From positions 16,554,001-16,618,000 of the forward strand of contig JBHGNT010000017.1 of assembly GCA_043228905.1 (NCBI GenBank): 64,000 nt of DNA. Direction: 5' to 3'. Both the position numbers and the translations under genes were made by a program. Below are positions 63,290 to 64,000 of this stretch, one piece after another. The DNA is from Azolla caroliniana (taxonomy: Eukaryota > Plantae > Polypodiophyta). The notes below the pieces were generated by a model, which saw only the letters and a list, made by a program, of their open reading frames with translations, ran no database searches and was not told the DNA's origin. Every line of letters begins with the position of its first letter. The first letter of the stretch is position 1.

Positions 63290-64000
63290 TGAAGCAAGCA
63301 TTGATCTGGGAGAGGCTTGGTCAAGTTGTCGGCGATGCTCGCCTCAGTATCCACCTTCTAGACTTCGAGCTTCTTGTCAGTGATGAGCTCCCGAATATGA
63401 TGGCACCTCACCTCAATATGCTTCATCTTAGCAAGGTATACCAGATTCCAGATGAGGTGTATTGTGCTCTGTGAGTCATAATAGAGGATTGGCGCCAGAT
63501 GGTCGATTCGGCCTTTAGCCGTAAAATCAACCGATAGTCGGTGCAGCCAGATGACTTCCTTGGTTGCTTCTGATGGGCTATATACTTAGCCTTTGTTATC
63601 GAGAGTGTCGTGCAATCTTGTAACTTCGACCTCCATTATATGGTGTCACCACCATAGGTGAAGAGATAACATGATGTCAACTTTCAATTGTTTGGATTGT
63701 CGATGTAGTCGGAGTCGGTGAAGCCTTCGACTTCGGTCGGATTATCCGATCCAAATGTTAGTTGCATGCCTTTGATGCCTCGTAGGTACCGGACTATGTT
63801 CTTTACAACCTCCCATTGCTTCCGTCCAAGTTTTGACATGTCGCATCTCACGATCCCTACAACATATTTAAGGTCAGGTTGGGTCACCACCATTGTGTAC
63901 ATGAGACTTCCTACGGCCAATGCGTAGGGTATTCTGCTCATGAGCTTTCTCTCCTCTTCTATGGATGAAGAGTCTCTATCCAATAGTCGGAACGACGTCG
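63290..64000 (-). mobile_element. Ty1/Copia RT C-terminus and RNase H fragment
   Basis: IPYALAVGSLMY...VRYLRG...GFTDSDY, then IADNLTKPL near 63330. Confidence 0.88.

Overview
Eukaryotic land-plant genomic DNA, probably a non-seed vascular plant such as a fern. This is inferred from the PLS-E PPR style, an HKT ending in a TRK-like GRHRG motif, and RTEX-like LINEs. A gene island at ~6.9-35.7 kb holds five intact genes: a STELLO/DUF288 glycosyltransferase-like gene (+, 3 exons), a short-chain dehydrogenase (+, 2 exons), a 12-exon DUF819 membrane protein with a poly-Met/poly-His N-terminus (-), an intronless PLS-E PPR gene (+) and an HKT/Trk cation transporter (-, 3 exons). The flanks are nested, decayed retroelements: Gypsy and Copia LTR pieces, three RTEX-like LINEs, hAT-type MITEs, minisatellites, an interstitial telomeric array and a tRNA-Ile pseudogene. 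The strongest leads are a gag-only LTR element with two tRNA-like Pol III cassettes in each LTR, a ~120-bp tandem array resembling 5S rRNA just upstream of the PPR gene, and the His-rich DUF819 N-terminus. All calls were made by eye without database searches.
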